Assembly (NCBI RefSeq): GCF_006345805.1 | Contig: NC_043024.1 | Coordinates: 1,426,001 to 1,490,000 of the forward strand | Direction: 5' to 3' | DNA from: Octopus sinensis | Lineage: Eukaryota | DNA: 64,000 nucleotides | Part shown: piece after piece, positions 22,733 to 36,884 of the stretch | How positions within the stretch are numbered: the stretch's first letter is position 1 | Layout: each line of letters starts with the position of its first letter | Made by a program: the position numbers and the translations under genes | The notes under the pieces: generated by a model | The model's input: the letters and a program-made list of their open reading frames with translations, nothing else | What the model was told of the DNA's origin: nothing | The model's database searches: none

Positions 22733-23512
22733 AATATATATATATATGTATATATATATATATGTGTATATATATATATACATGTATTTATATATATGTG
22801 TGTATATATATATGTATATATATATAATGTATGTATGTATATATGTATATATATATATATGTATTTATATATGTGTGTATATATATATGTATATATATAT
22901 ATACACACACATATATATACATACATGTGTACATCCATACAACCTACATATACATACATATTGAACACCAACACACATGTCCCTATGTGTGTGTGTATAT
23001 ATGTATAAACTATATCAGTTGCTGTATTATTATTAGTAGCAGTAGTAGTAGCAGCAGTAGTAGTATTACTATTTCCAGGCAGTTTTGCTGTTTAGCCCTA
23101 GGATTGGAGACATGGACTCCCAAGAGCTGCAGCAAAAGCAACCTGTCTTGGAATTCGGTAATTCCCAATAAAAGAATTATAGAGAACATGGGGTATTATT
23201 TAGGTCCTGTTTAAAGGGCTTGTTTCGCTATAAAAAGAAAATCTCATGTTTATGGTGGGGAAAGATATATGTTATATAACATATATCTTTCCCTTCCAAC
23301 TTGAGACTCAGTGGAGTATTAAAATTGCTTTTGAGTTCAAATCTTGTCAAATTGTATTTTGTTTTTTTTCCCTTCACCCTAACAATTGTTAAAACATATT
23401 TCAACCATCTTTTCTTTCGCAGTTCAGTACAATAAACTATAAACCTAGTCAACCAATTTCTGGTTCTCTGCCAATGTAGGAAACTATAAGGATAACAGTG
23501 ATGGTAGTAGTA

Positions 23513-23548
<36 letters not shown>

Positions 23549-25454
23549 GTTATTATTATTTTTTTTTTTTTAAATTCCACCAAGGTAGATTTTGTCCTTC
23601 GTCCTTTCAGGATCAATAAATTAGGTACCAGCTGAATACTGAGACCAGTAGTCAACTGGTATCAAATTGCTGGCCTTGTGCCAAAATTTGAAACCCATTA
23701 CTATTATTATTATTATTATTATTACTGCTGCTACTTCTACAACTACTACTACTATTAAAGTATTAGGCCCGTGTTAAAATTATTATTATTATTATTAAGG
23801 CAGTGGGCTGGCAGAATCATTAACTTGCTGGGCGAAATGCTTAGTGATATTTTGCCCATCACTATGTTCTGAGTTCAAATTCCGTTGAGGTCGACTTTAC
23901 CTTTCATCCTCTTGGGCAGGGTCGATAAATTAAGTACCAGTTGCGTACTGGGGGGTCGATGTAATCAACTCACTCCCTGCCCTCTTGGCAAAATTTGAAA
24001 CCATTATTATTATTATTGTTGTTGTTGTTTGCTCTCAAACATATAAAACCCATGTAAATTGTTGTTCCCTAATTTAACCCTTTCGTTACCCAACCCTGGC
24101 TGAAACCAGTTCTGACATTGAGTACAAATGTCTTACATGATTTACATTTGATGGATATTTCTTATATTTGTTATATATAACATAATTAAAAGAAATACAG
24201 TAACGAAAGGGTTGATCTATAATTAATCAATAAAAAATAATCTTTTATGCTGGTTTTTTTTTGTTGTTTCTTCCGTGTTCTTACTTATTTGACGTTAATG
24301 TCTTCGAGCTTGGTAATTTTCTTGCTAAACAGTTAAAAACATTATCTCAGCCCCTATAAAAAAAACCTTCGGTCACGAATGACCATGTGATGCACCTAGA
24401 AAGTTCCCCTCCAAGGCACAAGTCCAGGCAAGGTTGTTTATGGAAGGCGGCAGGCTGGCAGAAACGTTAAGCACGCCGGGCAAAATGCTTAGCGGTATTT
24501 CATCCTTTCGGGGTCGATAAATTAAGTACCAGTTACGCACTGGGGTCGATGTAATCGACTTAATACCTATGTCTGTCCTTGTTTAGCCCCGTGTGGGTAA
24601 TAAAGAAATAGGTATTTCGTCTGTTGCTACATTCTGAGTTGACATCTGCCAAGGTCGACTTTGCCTTTCATCCTTTCGGGGTCGATTAAATAAGTACCAG
24701 TTATGCACTGGGGTCAATATAATCGACTTAACCCGTTTGTCCTCTCTGTGTTTAGCCCCTTGTGGGTAGTAAAGAAATAGGTTGTTTATGGAAGACCAGC
24801 GGTCACCCATGCATGCAAGCCTCTCCTCTCCCCAAGCCACTGATGTTATCCAAAGGAAAGGCAAAGGGGCCGATACAGTTTGGCACCAGTGGACATTGCA
24901 TCTCATTTCTACAGCTGAGTGAATTGGAACAACATGGAATAAGTGTCTTGCTCAAGAAAACACGACACACACGGCCTGGTCCCAACAGAACAATGAAATG
25001 ATACTCTACACAGCAAGTCATCTAAAAGAAAATAAGGCACAAGTGTAGCTGCGTGGTAAGAAGCTTGCTCCCCAGCCACATGGCTCAGAGTTCAGTCGCA
25101 CTGTGTGGCACCTTGGGCAAGTGTCGTGTACTATGGGTTCTGGTTGACCAAAGCTTTGTGTGTGGGTTTGGCAGGCAGAAACTGAAAGAAGCCCATCACG
25201 TATATATGTATATGTCTATGTGTGTTTATTTTTGTGTCTGTGTTTGTCCCACCACCACTTAACACCAGCTGCTGGTGTGTTTACGTCCCTGAAACTTAGC
25301 AGTTCAGCAAAAAAAAACCGATAGAATAATACCAGCCTTTAAAAAGATCTTGCCAAGCTGGAGGTGGGGACGGAGCAATTCCCTCTCTTCCTCACAATAT
25401 ATCGGACACATGTTGTATGTCGTTAACCAGCTGGAAAAGACATTTTACCTGGGG

Positions 25455-25486
<32 letters not shown>

Positions 25487-26479
25487 CCTCCTCACTCTCT
25501 CTCTCTCTCCTCTCTCCGATCATCAAATGCGCATTCCCTTTATATTGAGGGAAGACCCTGAAATCAAAAGACTTCATAGCATAGTTCTTTATATAACAGC
25601 CATGTTATAGTGGCAAAAAAATGTCAAGAATTGAAATATAAATATATATATTCTTCAACGTAACGGAATTTAACCAAGAAGAGGTTTCTTGCTCCTTTGA
25701 AGGTGAATTTTGCCCAAGACTAAACGTGGATATCAAGGATCCAATTTTTTATTGAAGGCCATAAATTCATGGGTTACTTCCCTTTGACCACATTCTGTGG
25801 GGAGCCGACTCTGATCCCATTTCAGAAGTAGAATGTTCCCTTCAACTTCATGTCGCTCACTTAAATAATCGATATCTTTAATCAGCGTCATTATATTTCT
25901 TTCAGTAGAATATTTTACGGTAAAATTCCAGAGTAACACCTGGACGATTTTCACTAAGAAATAAAAAAAAAAAAAAAACGGATTTTTTTAGTGGAATCAA
26001 GAACCCTGACCTCCTAATATGCTGCAAATCCCTTATTTTTGGTTAGGAAAAATAAAAAGCAGGGCGAGAGGGGATGTATTTAATAAAGATCCATGTAATT
26101 CCCACTCTAGAAAATATATTCTGTAAAATGTTGTTTTTTTTATTATTCTTAAACACACAAAATATAGTCTATAAATTTAGGTTGTTTTTGAAAGAGACTA
26201 TATTTCATCATCAGAATATATATACTTTCTCACACAACAATTAAAATATATTCGTTTTAAATCATTCATCTTTCTTTCCCCGCCAAAACATACAAAAATT
26301 TAATAAAGGCGCGAACGTTTTTTTTTTTTCGTTTTTCTTTTTCCTAAAATGCTTGTATAAAGCTTAAGATATTTAGTCGAGCAGAAAAGTGCGTTTTGTT
26401 GAGAATTAATCCATTTATTTGACAGCAAAGACGTAAGTAGCACTTTGTCAGTGAAGTTTTACCTGTCTAAATACATACA

Positions 26480-26563
26480 CACTATTTTATATATACATAT
26501 ATATACATTATTGCATATATACACACACACAATATAAATATCACATTCTCTACTATATATATA

Positions 26564-26629
<66 letters not shown>

Positions 26630-26690
26630 AACACACACACATTTATATATATATACACACACACATATATATACATATATATATATACAA

Positions 26691-26722
<32 letters not shown>

Positions 26723-26982
26723 TCACACACACACACACATATATATATACCACACACATATATATATATACAAACACACACACATATATAGATATACACA
26801 CACACACATATATAGATACACACATACACACACACACATATATAGATATACACACACACACATATATAGATACACACATACACACACACACATATATAGA
26901 TATATACACACACACATATATAGATACACACACACATATATATATGTGTGTATCTATATATGTGTGTGTGTATATCTATATA

Positions 26983-27021
<39 letters not shown>

Positions 27022-27045
27022 TATAGGCAATATATATATATATAA
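26480..27045. repeat. Compound (TA)/(CA) microsatellite
   Basis: Direct reading; similar tracts at 7398-7590, 22680-23010, 39390-39600, 43050-43210, 46940-47270, 56770-57120 and 60770-60930. Confidence 0.97.
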
Positions 27046-27800
27046 TAACGAACCATGCAATTTGCACTCTGGAAAATTTATTTCTGTAAAATGTTTGGAG
27101 CGGGTAAAATTTCCGAGGCTTCCACCTCACCCAACTCCCTTTTTCGGACCCCAAAAAGGGTTTTCTAGCATTTTAGGAGGTCCCAGGAATTCATTCAACG
27201 AAAAAAAGAAACTTTTTTTCCAATGATTCCGAACAAAAATAAGGGATTTGCTTCATATTAGAAGCTCAGGGTACATTCATTACACGCAACAAAATCCGAG
27301 TTTTTAAAAAAACTTTTCTTAGTGAAAATCGTGCGGGTGTTACTTTGAAAATATATCGAATTTATTCCTGATTTTCATCTATTTTGAAAAGGGGGCAAAA
27401 AGCGGGAGAATTTGGGGCTGAATGATTTTAATCGGTGGCTTGAAAACAAACACCACTTCATCAACCATACATGCAAAGCTGCTTCAATAGCTGATAGATT
27501 CGTATTAAAACTATTTTAAAAGGCTTCTTAGAATAAAATAAATTTTAAAATACAAATATTTATCTTCGAAGAAAAATATTAGGGGGAATTAAGTTCAAGG
27601 GAATGTTCTACACACGAAATATAATATATAGTAGGGTCTCATAACGTTTAATCTCACTACCAGCAAAAAGTTGGGTTATCTCCCCATGTGCTTTTGGTTA
27701 TCTCCCCTCAACTAGGAAAATTCTTTAACCCTCAAAAAAATAACAAAAGAAATTTTAAATAATAAACATGAAAACTGAAAAAAATTAAACATTGAATCTA

Positions 27801-28200
27801 CTCTTTTTCTTGTTTCAGTCATTTGACTGCGGCCATGCTGGAGCACCGCCTTTAGTCGAGCAAATCGACCCCGGGACTTATTCTTTGTAAGCCCAGTACT
27901 TATTCTATCGGTCAATTTTGCCGAACCGCTAAGTTACGCGGACGTAAACGCACCAGCATCGGTTGTCAAGCAATGCTAGGGGGACAAACACAGACACACA
28001 AACACATACACACATACATACATACATATATATACACATATACGACAGGCTTCTTTCAGTTTCCATCTACCAAATCCACTCACAAGGCTTTGGCCGGCCC
28101 GGGGCTATAGCAGAAGATATTTGCCCAAGGTGCCACGCAGTGGGACTGAACCCGGAATCATGTGGTTGGTAAACAAGCTACTTACCACACAGCCACTCCT
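27801..28200 (-). mobile_element. SINE family A
   Basis: Reverse complement of the family A consensus. Confidence 0.92.
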
Positions 28201-29616
28201 AATAATATTTTTATAAGAAATCCTACCATTCCTATTGAGGAGGCCAAACGTCAACAATGTGTTCAAGAATTAAATGAAAAGGATCTCTTTTAATCCAGTC
28301 TCTTGTCTCCACATTAACTCGATTTTGTTGTGGGGTGATAACCCAATTTTTTAATGGGGGTGAAATTACCAAAAAGTACCCTTCCATCAATTCAGATTAT
28401 CCAAGCAATTAGTGAATAAAATCTTCCTCTTGAGGTGTTTAAAATCTAAAAGCTATAAACCAAGGGTATATTTTCGATATATTACTTGAGAAGCTGTTGT
28501 ATTTATATCTGATGTTGTGGCCATACACACACATATACCTTTTCTTACTTTTCTTCACTTGTTTCAGTAATCAGACTGTGGCCATGCTGGGGCCGCAGTC
28601 TTGAGGAATTTTAGCAGAACCAGTCGATCTCAGTGCAAATTTTCTTTTTTAAACCTGGTGGTTGTTCTATCAGATGTTTTTAGCCGAACCACCAAGTTAG
28701 ACGTAAGCATCAACCCCGATCATGAAGCAATGGTGGGGCACAAAGATAAACACACACACACACGATGGTCCTCTTTTAATTTCTGCCTATCGAATCCACT
28801 TACAAGGCATTGGTTGGCCCAAGACCAGAGTAGAAGGCCCTTACTGAAAGTACAACGCAGTGGGACTGGAACCCTGAACCCTGAGGTTGAGTGAGAAGCA
28901 AGCTTCTTACCACACCAGCATGCCTTTCCCTAGAGTAGCTTTCATTTGAATTTTTGTCACATAAATTATTAAAAGTACAATTAAATGGTCGAGAAGTTTG
29001 CATTACAGCCACCTGAATCTAAATTTGAACCCATTACCTCTACCATAGCTGTATTCAACCAAGTCTTATGGTGGAAAACACCTATGTTACATGTAATTCA
29101 GAACTATGAGGTTGTGAAACAAAATCCTTATCCATTTTGTTGACATATCCCTCTGTGTGTGTGTGTGTGTGTGTAAGACAAAACAGGAATCTGTAAAACT
29201 TTTTGGTTTCAACTATTCACCATTACACATGTTTCACTTGCTAATAGGAATCACAAAATTGTTTGTGTTGGATAAACATTTAAGAAATATCCTACAAGAA
29301 ATTTTCAGACGGGGAATCAAATTTATATATATCCTGACTCCAACTGTCTGTTCTGGCATGGTTTCTATGGCTGGATGCTCTTCCGAATGCCAACTACTTT
29401 ACAGAGTGCTTTTTACGTGTCATTAGCATGGGTGCGATAACATAGCACCAGCATGGGCACCATCCAAATGGCACTGGCACCTGAAAGAACAAGCCTGTAT
29501 GTGCAGAAGACAATGATTTTGCTTTGCTTAACGTGTCTTATCAAGGACAGCGAATCACCACATCTTCCAGTCCTTTGCCATTTCCTCTGTGAGAGCCAGC
29601 ATCCGAATATATATAC

Positions 29617-29796
29617 CAGTGTAAGCTATGGACACATAAGAGGTGCAGCAAAATCAAAGGAAGATTAACCGAGAAGATAGCTTTCGTGTGTGGCAGATGC
29701 ACAGGGGCAATAGACACCACAGATGCTCAGAAAACTGATTCCATCACACTCCAGGGGGAGAAACAAGAAGTAGTTGATAGCTTCTGCTACCTAAGG
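29617..29796 (+). pseudogene. RTE-clade LINE fragment with a PHD-like Cys motif
   Basis: QCKLWTHKRCSKIKGRL...FVCGRC...EKQEVVDSFCYL. Confidence 0.7.
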
Positions 29797-31918
29797 ACTG
29801 GATTGTGTTTCAATGTCTGTTTTGGTATGGTTTCTACAGCTGGATGCCCTTCCTAACACCAACCACTTTACAGTGAGTACTGGGTGCTTTATACATGGCA
29901 TCAGCACTCATGAGGTCACCATGTAGCTCATGTCTTTAAACTCATGAAGGGATGATGTTGTGTCCTAGAGGAGCTACACGGCTACTCACATGTAGGAGAG
30001 AATGGGAATGGTGGTTGGATAACATCCATAGTCTCCATCAGTCACGTTTAACAGTCTTCTTTGGCAGAGATGCCAGGGAATCTACCCCCAACAAACTTGC
30101 TCAGAAATAATGGGCAAGAAAATGGATCGATGGATGAAATTCTTCTTGAACTCTGTGGCTTTTCTCAGTTCTGTTTTAATGTTTGTGGATGTACAAATAT
30201 CTTCAGTTTTTCTGTCTCAAGCTAAAAGAATCACGTAGCCAAAGACCTTAAGAATCTGTGCCTTTATGTAAATGTTAGGAGCAAAACTGAAACCCACAAC
30301 ATGCCACTAAGATTAAGAACCCTAAGAATTAACAAAATAGTAAAGGATTTTGAATCCAAACCCAGCTGGAGTCGCCTTCGTCTTTTATCATTTTTAAGAC
30401 CACTAAAATAAGCAGTTGTAAGATTCTATGGTCGATATTTATGGCTAATGCATTCCCCTACGACCGATTGAGGAGAGTGGCGGGAAAATTGCCTTTGCGG
30501 TTGTGCTGGAATCTACTTCGCTTTTTATTATCCTGAGGTTGACAAAATAATTAGTAATTAGTAATGAGGTTGACATTCATGACATCGACCTCGTCCTTAC
30601 AAACATTTGATAGTTCGTATATGAAAGTTATAACCCTTACAATACAATACGAAGTGGGTAGAGAGAGAGGACGAGAAAGTAAAGCGGACACGGGGAAGAG
30701 AGAGAAGAGAAAGAGGCAGAGCAAAGAAGGAGGGAGAAAGAGAAAATAGAGAGGAAGAGAGCAAAGAGAGAGAGAGAGAGAGAGAGAGAGTATGGAACGA
30801 AAAGGTCCTGTTCTGGCTGACTTCTACATTTTCCTATTCATTTCCTCATTCTTTGTCGAATGGATCGTCGGTATGAATGAGGAAGCCTCTATGTGGTACG
30901 TAGACTTGCTAGAAATAGTTGTCTAACTTTCATTCAAACCATACAAATGGATAATGAAGTCCTAGATTGGATCTTTTCATTTTCAAGGCCTGATTTGTCA
31001 GATTTTTCCTACTTAACCAAACAATTTGAATAATAATTATATCTGAAAATATGGAATGGATGGTCACGGCGGGAAGGCCTATCATATATGCCTGTGCAAT
31101 CAATTAATTCTGACCTCGGGTTGAACAACGAGGGAGATTCTTCGTGAGTGATTGACTTATTAAAAATAGTAGCCAAATGTACTTCATAATCACACCCAAC
31201 CGAATTTTCAACACGCAGCATACAAACACACATGCCACTAGAAATAGCAGTCAAGTCTGTCTCAATTTAGACACTACCATCTTTAAAACGAAGGACACGC
31301 TGGACAATGTCTTGAAAATACTATTCTTGGAAAAAAAAATTGTGATGGCCATGGCTGGAATGCCTTTCTCTTGTGTGGCTGACCAGGGTCTAAACAACAG
31401 CCCACACCCATACACTACTCTCCTTCAAACGTTACCAAATTCCTCCTTTCTCAGAACATCACGAAATATTTCCTTTAACCATGAAAGCCTAAACATTACA
31501 AAATGCCAGTTAATGGAGCAACTGTTAAAATTCCTTAAACTTTTCCCCTTCTGTGTTTCCCCTATTTTCCAGTTCACCAAACCCGGTTTCACCTTCTGCC
31601 ATCTCACATACAAGAAAGGAACCAGTCTTGTATAAAGCATAATTCGGATCCTAACCATAACCCCTTAAAAACCGAAAATATCCCATAATTTCATTGCATG
31701 TTTTCTGGCAAACCTACACAAATGTGCTCCCTACTCAGACTTCCTTCATAACTTTCAGAAAAATGGATATTTTTTAAGGAAATTTTCTACAAATACGTTT
31801 CAGATAGTTCAGAAGACTTGATAACTTTTTCAAAATTTCAAGTTTTATTTTATACAATATATTAGATTGCGTGTCAGCATGTAAGTATGTGGGACCATCA
31901 TTTTCGTTTTGTTTTGTT

Positions 31919-32520
31919 GGGACTACTTGAGAGTGGAGGCGCAATGGCCCAGTGGTTAGGGCAGCGGACTCGCGATCATAGGATCGCGGTTTCGATTCCC
32001 AGACCGGGCGTTGTGAGTGTTTATTGAGCGAAAACACCTAAAAGCTCCACGAGGTTCCGGCAGGGGATGGTGGTGATCCCTGCTGTACTCTTTCACCACA
32101 ACTTTCTCTCACTCTTACTTCCTGTTTCTGTTGTACCTGTATTTCAAAGGACCGGCCTTGTCACTCTCTGTGTCACGCTGAATATCCCCGAGAACTACGT
32201 TAAGGGTACACGTGTCTGTGGAGTGCTCAGCCACTTACACGTTAATTTCACGAGCAGGCTGTTCCGTTGATCGGATCAACCGGAACCCTCATCGTCTTAA
32301 CCGACGGAGTGCTTCCATCCACTACTCGAGAACAGTGGTCCCGGTGCGCGCACTCGCATAATCGCGCATGCGCGCTAGCTAGTCATGACTAGTCGATCCT
32401 TACTTTGTGTTTTGTGTTTTATTTACTTTGCCAGGTAGTCGTGGTAGGATCGACTAGTCACGACTAACTAGTGCGGATGCGCGAGTGCGCGCACCGGGAC
32501 CATTGTTCTCAAGTAGTCCC
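31919..32520. mobile_element. CpG-rich foldback MITE whose left inverted repeat is interrupted by a SINE
   Basis: gggactacttgaga[SINE]acagtggtcccggtgcgcgcactcgc...ctagtcatgactagtcgatcct mirrored by aggatcgactagtcacgacta...gcgagtgcgcgcaccgggaccattgttctcaagtagtccc. Confidence 0.8.
31933..32320 (+). mobile_element. tRNA-derived SINE family D
   Basis: A-box tggcccagtggttagg, B-box gtttcgattccc; 11-bp TSD actact(t/c)gaga at 31922-31932 and 32321-32331. Confidence 0.9.
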
Positions 32521-33254
32521 GCACACCACATTTTTAATAATCTGATCAGATCTCGTGATCGTCCCGTTTTGTTTCGTTGATGTGACCGAGAGATGTTCAT
32601 CCATCGCTGCCTTCCTTCCTTCCTTCCTCATCCTGGAATTGGAAGCTGGTCACCGTTGGCGGTGTTCGGAAAGATTAATTCCCTGTTACCAGAAGTCCGG
32701 TGATAGGAGGCGGAATTAGATCCGGAACAGAGAAGCGCAAAGCTTCCCGTCTCAGGTTCAAACTTTCCGGCAGTCCACCGCACTCGGACTGCTAATTATT
32801 TCCTTAACCACTCCGAATGGACGAAAGGCAAAGTCGGCCTCGGCGGCATTTAAATTCTCATCATACGAAAACCCGAACCGAGTTCTTTAGGCCACTCCAT
32901 CCTGAGCCCTATCAACTTATAATTAATATAATCTAATGATTTTATTAGCATTCTTAAATTCAATGTTAGGGAATTTAAAAACAGTGCGGAATATAGTAAT
33001 ATAAAAAGGAATACTATAGAATATAGTAAAATAAATATAATTTTGGCTCTATGTGGTTGCCCGGTTTGCAAGAAATGGTAGTCAAATCTCCCTCATTTGA
33101 CATAAAATAAAATCCCAGATTGGCTCAGTTGTACTGCATTTAACATATTTTGAATCAAGTTAAACAGCAACAACTGACCATTTCACTAAGTTTTCCTAAT
33201 GCGATCAGAGCCGATAAATTTTCTGGGGGGTTCTTAGAAAAGTATTAGCATACA

Positions 33255-33632
33255 GGCGCAGGAGTGGCTGTGTGGTAAGTAGCTTGCTAACCAACCACAT
33301 GGTTCCGGGTTCAGTCCCACTGCGTGGCATCTTGGGCAAGTGTCTTCTGCTATAGCCCCGGGCCGACCAATGCCTTGTGAGTGGATTTGGTAGACGGAAA
33401 CTGAAAGAAGCCTGTCGTATATATGTATGTGTTTGTGTGTCTGTGTTTGTCCCCCTAGCATTGCTTGACAACCGATGCTGGTGTGTTTACGTCCCCGTCA
33501 CTTAGAAGTTCGGCAAAAGTGACCGATAGAATAAGTACTGGGCTTACAAAGAATAAGTCCCGGGGTCGATTTGCTCGACTAAAGGCGGTGCTCCAGCCTG
33601 GCCGCAGTCAAATGACTGAAACAAGTAAAAGA
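33255..33632 (+). mobile_element. SINE family A
   Basis: Full-length copy. Confidence 0.92.
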
Positions 33633-34996
33633 ATATGTATTGCAGACTAGCATTCACATTTTGAAGTGGACCCAGAAAAAATATTTTTATAACCAACCGA
33701 TAAAATTCCGGCTCTATTCTACTCGCAATAACATTCCATGGTACCTATATATATTGATTTCAAATTTTGGCACAAGGCCAGCAAGTTTGGGAGAGGGGTT
33801 AAGTCGATTACATCGGTCCCAGTGTTCCACAGGTACTTACTTTATCGACACAGAAATTCGGTGGAATTTGAACTCAGAACGAAATGCCTATTTCTTTACT
33901 ACCCACAAGGGGCTAAACACAGAGGGGACAAACAAGGACAGACAAACGGATTAAGTCGATTATATCGACCCCAGTGCGTAACTGGTACTTTTTAAATCGA
34001 CCCCGAAAGGATGAAAGGCAAAGTCGACCTCGGTGGAATTTGAACTCAGAACGTAACAGCAGACGAAATACCGCTACGCATTTCGCCCCGGCGTGCTTAC
34101 GTTTCTGTCAACTCGCCGCTTTGTGGTACCTTTATATTGGTAGTTATTAAATATACAGCAGTGCGCTCCTGTCTTCTCATGTTTTCGTAATGAAACTAAG
34201 ATTGATGGATACAAGGGGTGAATTGTTTCCCCCATTAGTACTTCTGTTTAAAACTAGTTGACCAGCGAATGTGCTTCGGGCTGTCGCCTATTCACGAAGA
34301 GGCTGGACGGAACCATTGGATGGTGGCACTTACTAGATAAGATGTGGATTTTGGAGTTCAACATCAGAGGTTCAGAAACTTTTCTTATTATCACTAAAAG
34401 TATATTTAAAGAAAATCATAATAATAATTATCTTTTTAGGCGCAGGGGTGGGTCTGTGGTAAGAAACTTGCTTCCCAACCACATGGCTCCGGGTTCAGTC
34501 CCATTGTGTGGCACTTAGGGTAGGTGTCTTCTATTATAGCCTAGCCTCGGGCCGACCAAAGCCTTGTGAGTGGATTCGGTAGACGGAAACTGGAAGAAGC
34601 CCGTCGTGTATAATATATATATATAGTAAACGCACGTATTTTTGTAATAGAAAGCAAATATATATTCAGTGAGATTCTGAATCTCTGATGTTTAAAACGT
34701 ATAAAAAAGGTATAATAGGAAAAGTTAGATACAGGGGTAGAAATTAAAAATCCACGCTTAAAGGAATAAGAACCCCAAAGAGTTTTATCTCTAAGCATAT
34801 CATTACTTTACAACAGTAATTGACAGATTAGAAGTGGTGGATATAACGACATTTCGTGGTGACTCCACCGACACCATTAATTATCGCAGTTGAGCCATTG
34901 AGGAAGCGATCGCTCAACCCGCAAAACCTCCAAACCTCCTTTAGATGATACAGTGAGCTTGGAAAAGAGGAGACACGTAGTACTGGAGACATTAAT

Positions 34997-35375
34997 ACTC
35001 TTTTACTTGTTTCAGTCATTTGACTGCGGCCATGCTGGAGCACCGCCTTTAATCGAGCAACTCGACCCCGGGACTTATTCTTTTGTAAGCCCAGTACTTA
35101 TTCTATCGGGCTCTTTTTGCCGAACCGCTAAGTGATGGGGACGCAAACACATCAGCATCGGTTGTCAAGCAATGCTAGGGGGACAAACACAAACACACAC
35201 ACGCATATATACATATATACGACAGGCTTCTTTCAGTTTCCGTCTACCAAATCCACTCACAAGGCTTTGGACGGCCCGAGGCTATAGTAGAAGACACTTG
35301 CCCAAGGTTCCACGCAGTGGGACTGAACCAGGAACCATGTGATTGGTAAACAAGCTACTTACCACACAGCCACTA
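34997..35375 (-). mobile_element. SINE family A
   Basis: Full-length reverse copy. Confidence 0.92.
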
Positions 35376-35639
35376 TGCATAATATCTGGAAATAAAAGGT
35401 GCAATAAGTTACGAATGGAATATTCTTTGATTGCAGGTCTGTCAGGGCTGGACAACGACGACATTTCGACAATTACCGTTATCCCTTCCTCTCCGCTGTC
35501 ATAGCTTTAATCCCACCACCACAACCAACGGCAAAGTGAACACCATCAAACTAACATCTCTCCCTGCCGTAGAAGTGCTACCATTGCCATCAGCACCAAC
35601 TGGAATCGGTATTCATATAACATGGGTCCACAAGAGAAT

Positions 35640-36416
35640 CTGTACGTGGTCGCTCGAGGTGCTGGAAACAGCAGCAAGCCTTCCCCAAATCATACTGTAT
35701 GGTTTGTAAAAAAAAAAGGGGGGGGTGCATTGAATAATGCGCTCCTCGGTTCCCTGTACAGCGGGAAAATACAGAAGGATCACAGCTTAGGACTAACCCG
35801 GGACTAGACAGCCATTAAAAGCACTAGCTCCTCTAAGTGGTGTCTCAAGGTGCTAGACATAGCAGCAAGCCTTCCTCGAATCACACCTTATCGCCTTTTC
35901 TAAAAGACTGAATAATACGCTCCTCGGTTCCCTGTACAGCTGGAAAATAAGGATCACAGTTTAGGGCAGACTGATGAAGACTGACCTGGGGCTAACATCA
36001 GTTCCCTCTACGTGGTCTCTCAAGCTGCTAGACATAGCAGCGAGTCTTCCGCAAATCACACCTTATCGTATACGAATAATGCTCTTCTCTGTTCCCTTCT
36101 ACAGCGGCAAAATACAGAAGGATCACAGCTGGGGACTGTTTAATGAAAACTGACCTTAGGCTAAATTACAACAAAAGCCATTAAAACCGTGAGGTCCCTC
36201 TACGTGGCCTCCCAAGATGCTAGACATAGCAGCAAGTCTTCTTCAAAAATCAAATAGTGTCGTTTATTTTTTAAATGACACATTGGATTAATGTACTCCT
36301 AGGGTTCCCTGTACAGTAGGGGGGAAACTACACAATGATCACAGCTGAAAATTACCGTTTGTTCATAGGACTGACTGACTCAAGGCAGACCTGGGGCTAA
36401 AACAACAACAACAACA
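35640..36416 (+). repeat. Four head-to-tail diverged 170-220-bp units of an old SINE-like body
   Basis: Repeated ctacgtgg...tgctagacatagcagcaag...gttccctgtacag...gatcacag...gacctggggcta; the last unit ends in (aac)n. Confidence 0.85.
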
Positions 36417-36884
36417 GCTATTAATAATATCAGCCTCCTTCCTCCCCCTTCCTCCCTTCTCTCATCATTACATCATCTTAAATTACTTCTTATCCCCCCA
36501 TACACCCACCTACCAGCATCACTGTTAGTCATCTAATCATCAATATCTTCATTATCGCTACACAACCTCCCGCACTACATCACCAGCATCCAGCCTCCCA
36601 CCCCAACTATTATTACTACTGCTACTACTACCACCACTGCTGCTGCTGCTGCTACAGCCGTGGTCGCCGTCTCCGCCGCCACATTCTGAGAGATGTTAGC
36701 ATTTTTCAAATTTATTAAGCATGAGATGAAACAAAGTATTTGCGAAGTTTCGAAACTGTGCCTCCAGCTACACATAATGTGGAATTATATGTATATATAT
36801 ATTTTTTTTTCTCTCTCATGCCGAAAGCATCCTTAGGGATAAATATTTTCAGTGTGTGTGTGTGTATGATCAGTAGATATATAC

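Noticed and set aside
25449-25557. Minus-strand exon-like unit (tttgatttcag|...CAG|gtaaaa)
   Set aside because: Half of it is a (GA)n microsatellite and I could not link it to any other exon
31177-31635. 152-aa ORF
   Set aside because: Crosses an old SINE body and other repeat-like DNA; no recognisable domain or splice support
31933-32010. tRNA genes at the heads of 31933, 53242 and 59366
   Set aside because: A and B boxes are present but there is no full cloverleaf; they continue into SINE bodies, with TSDs at the first two
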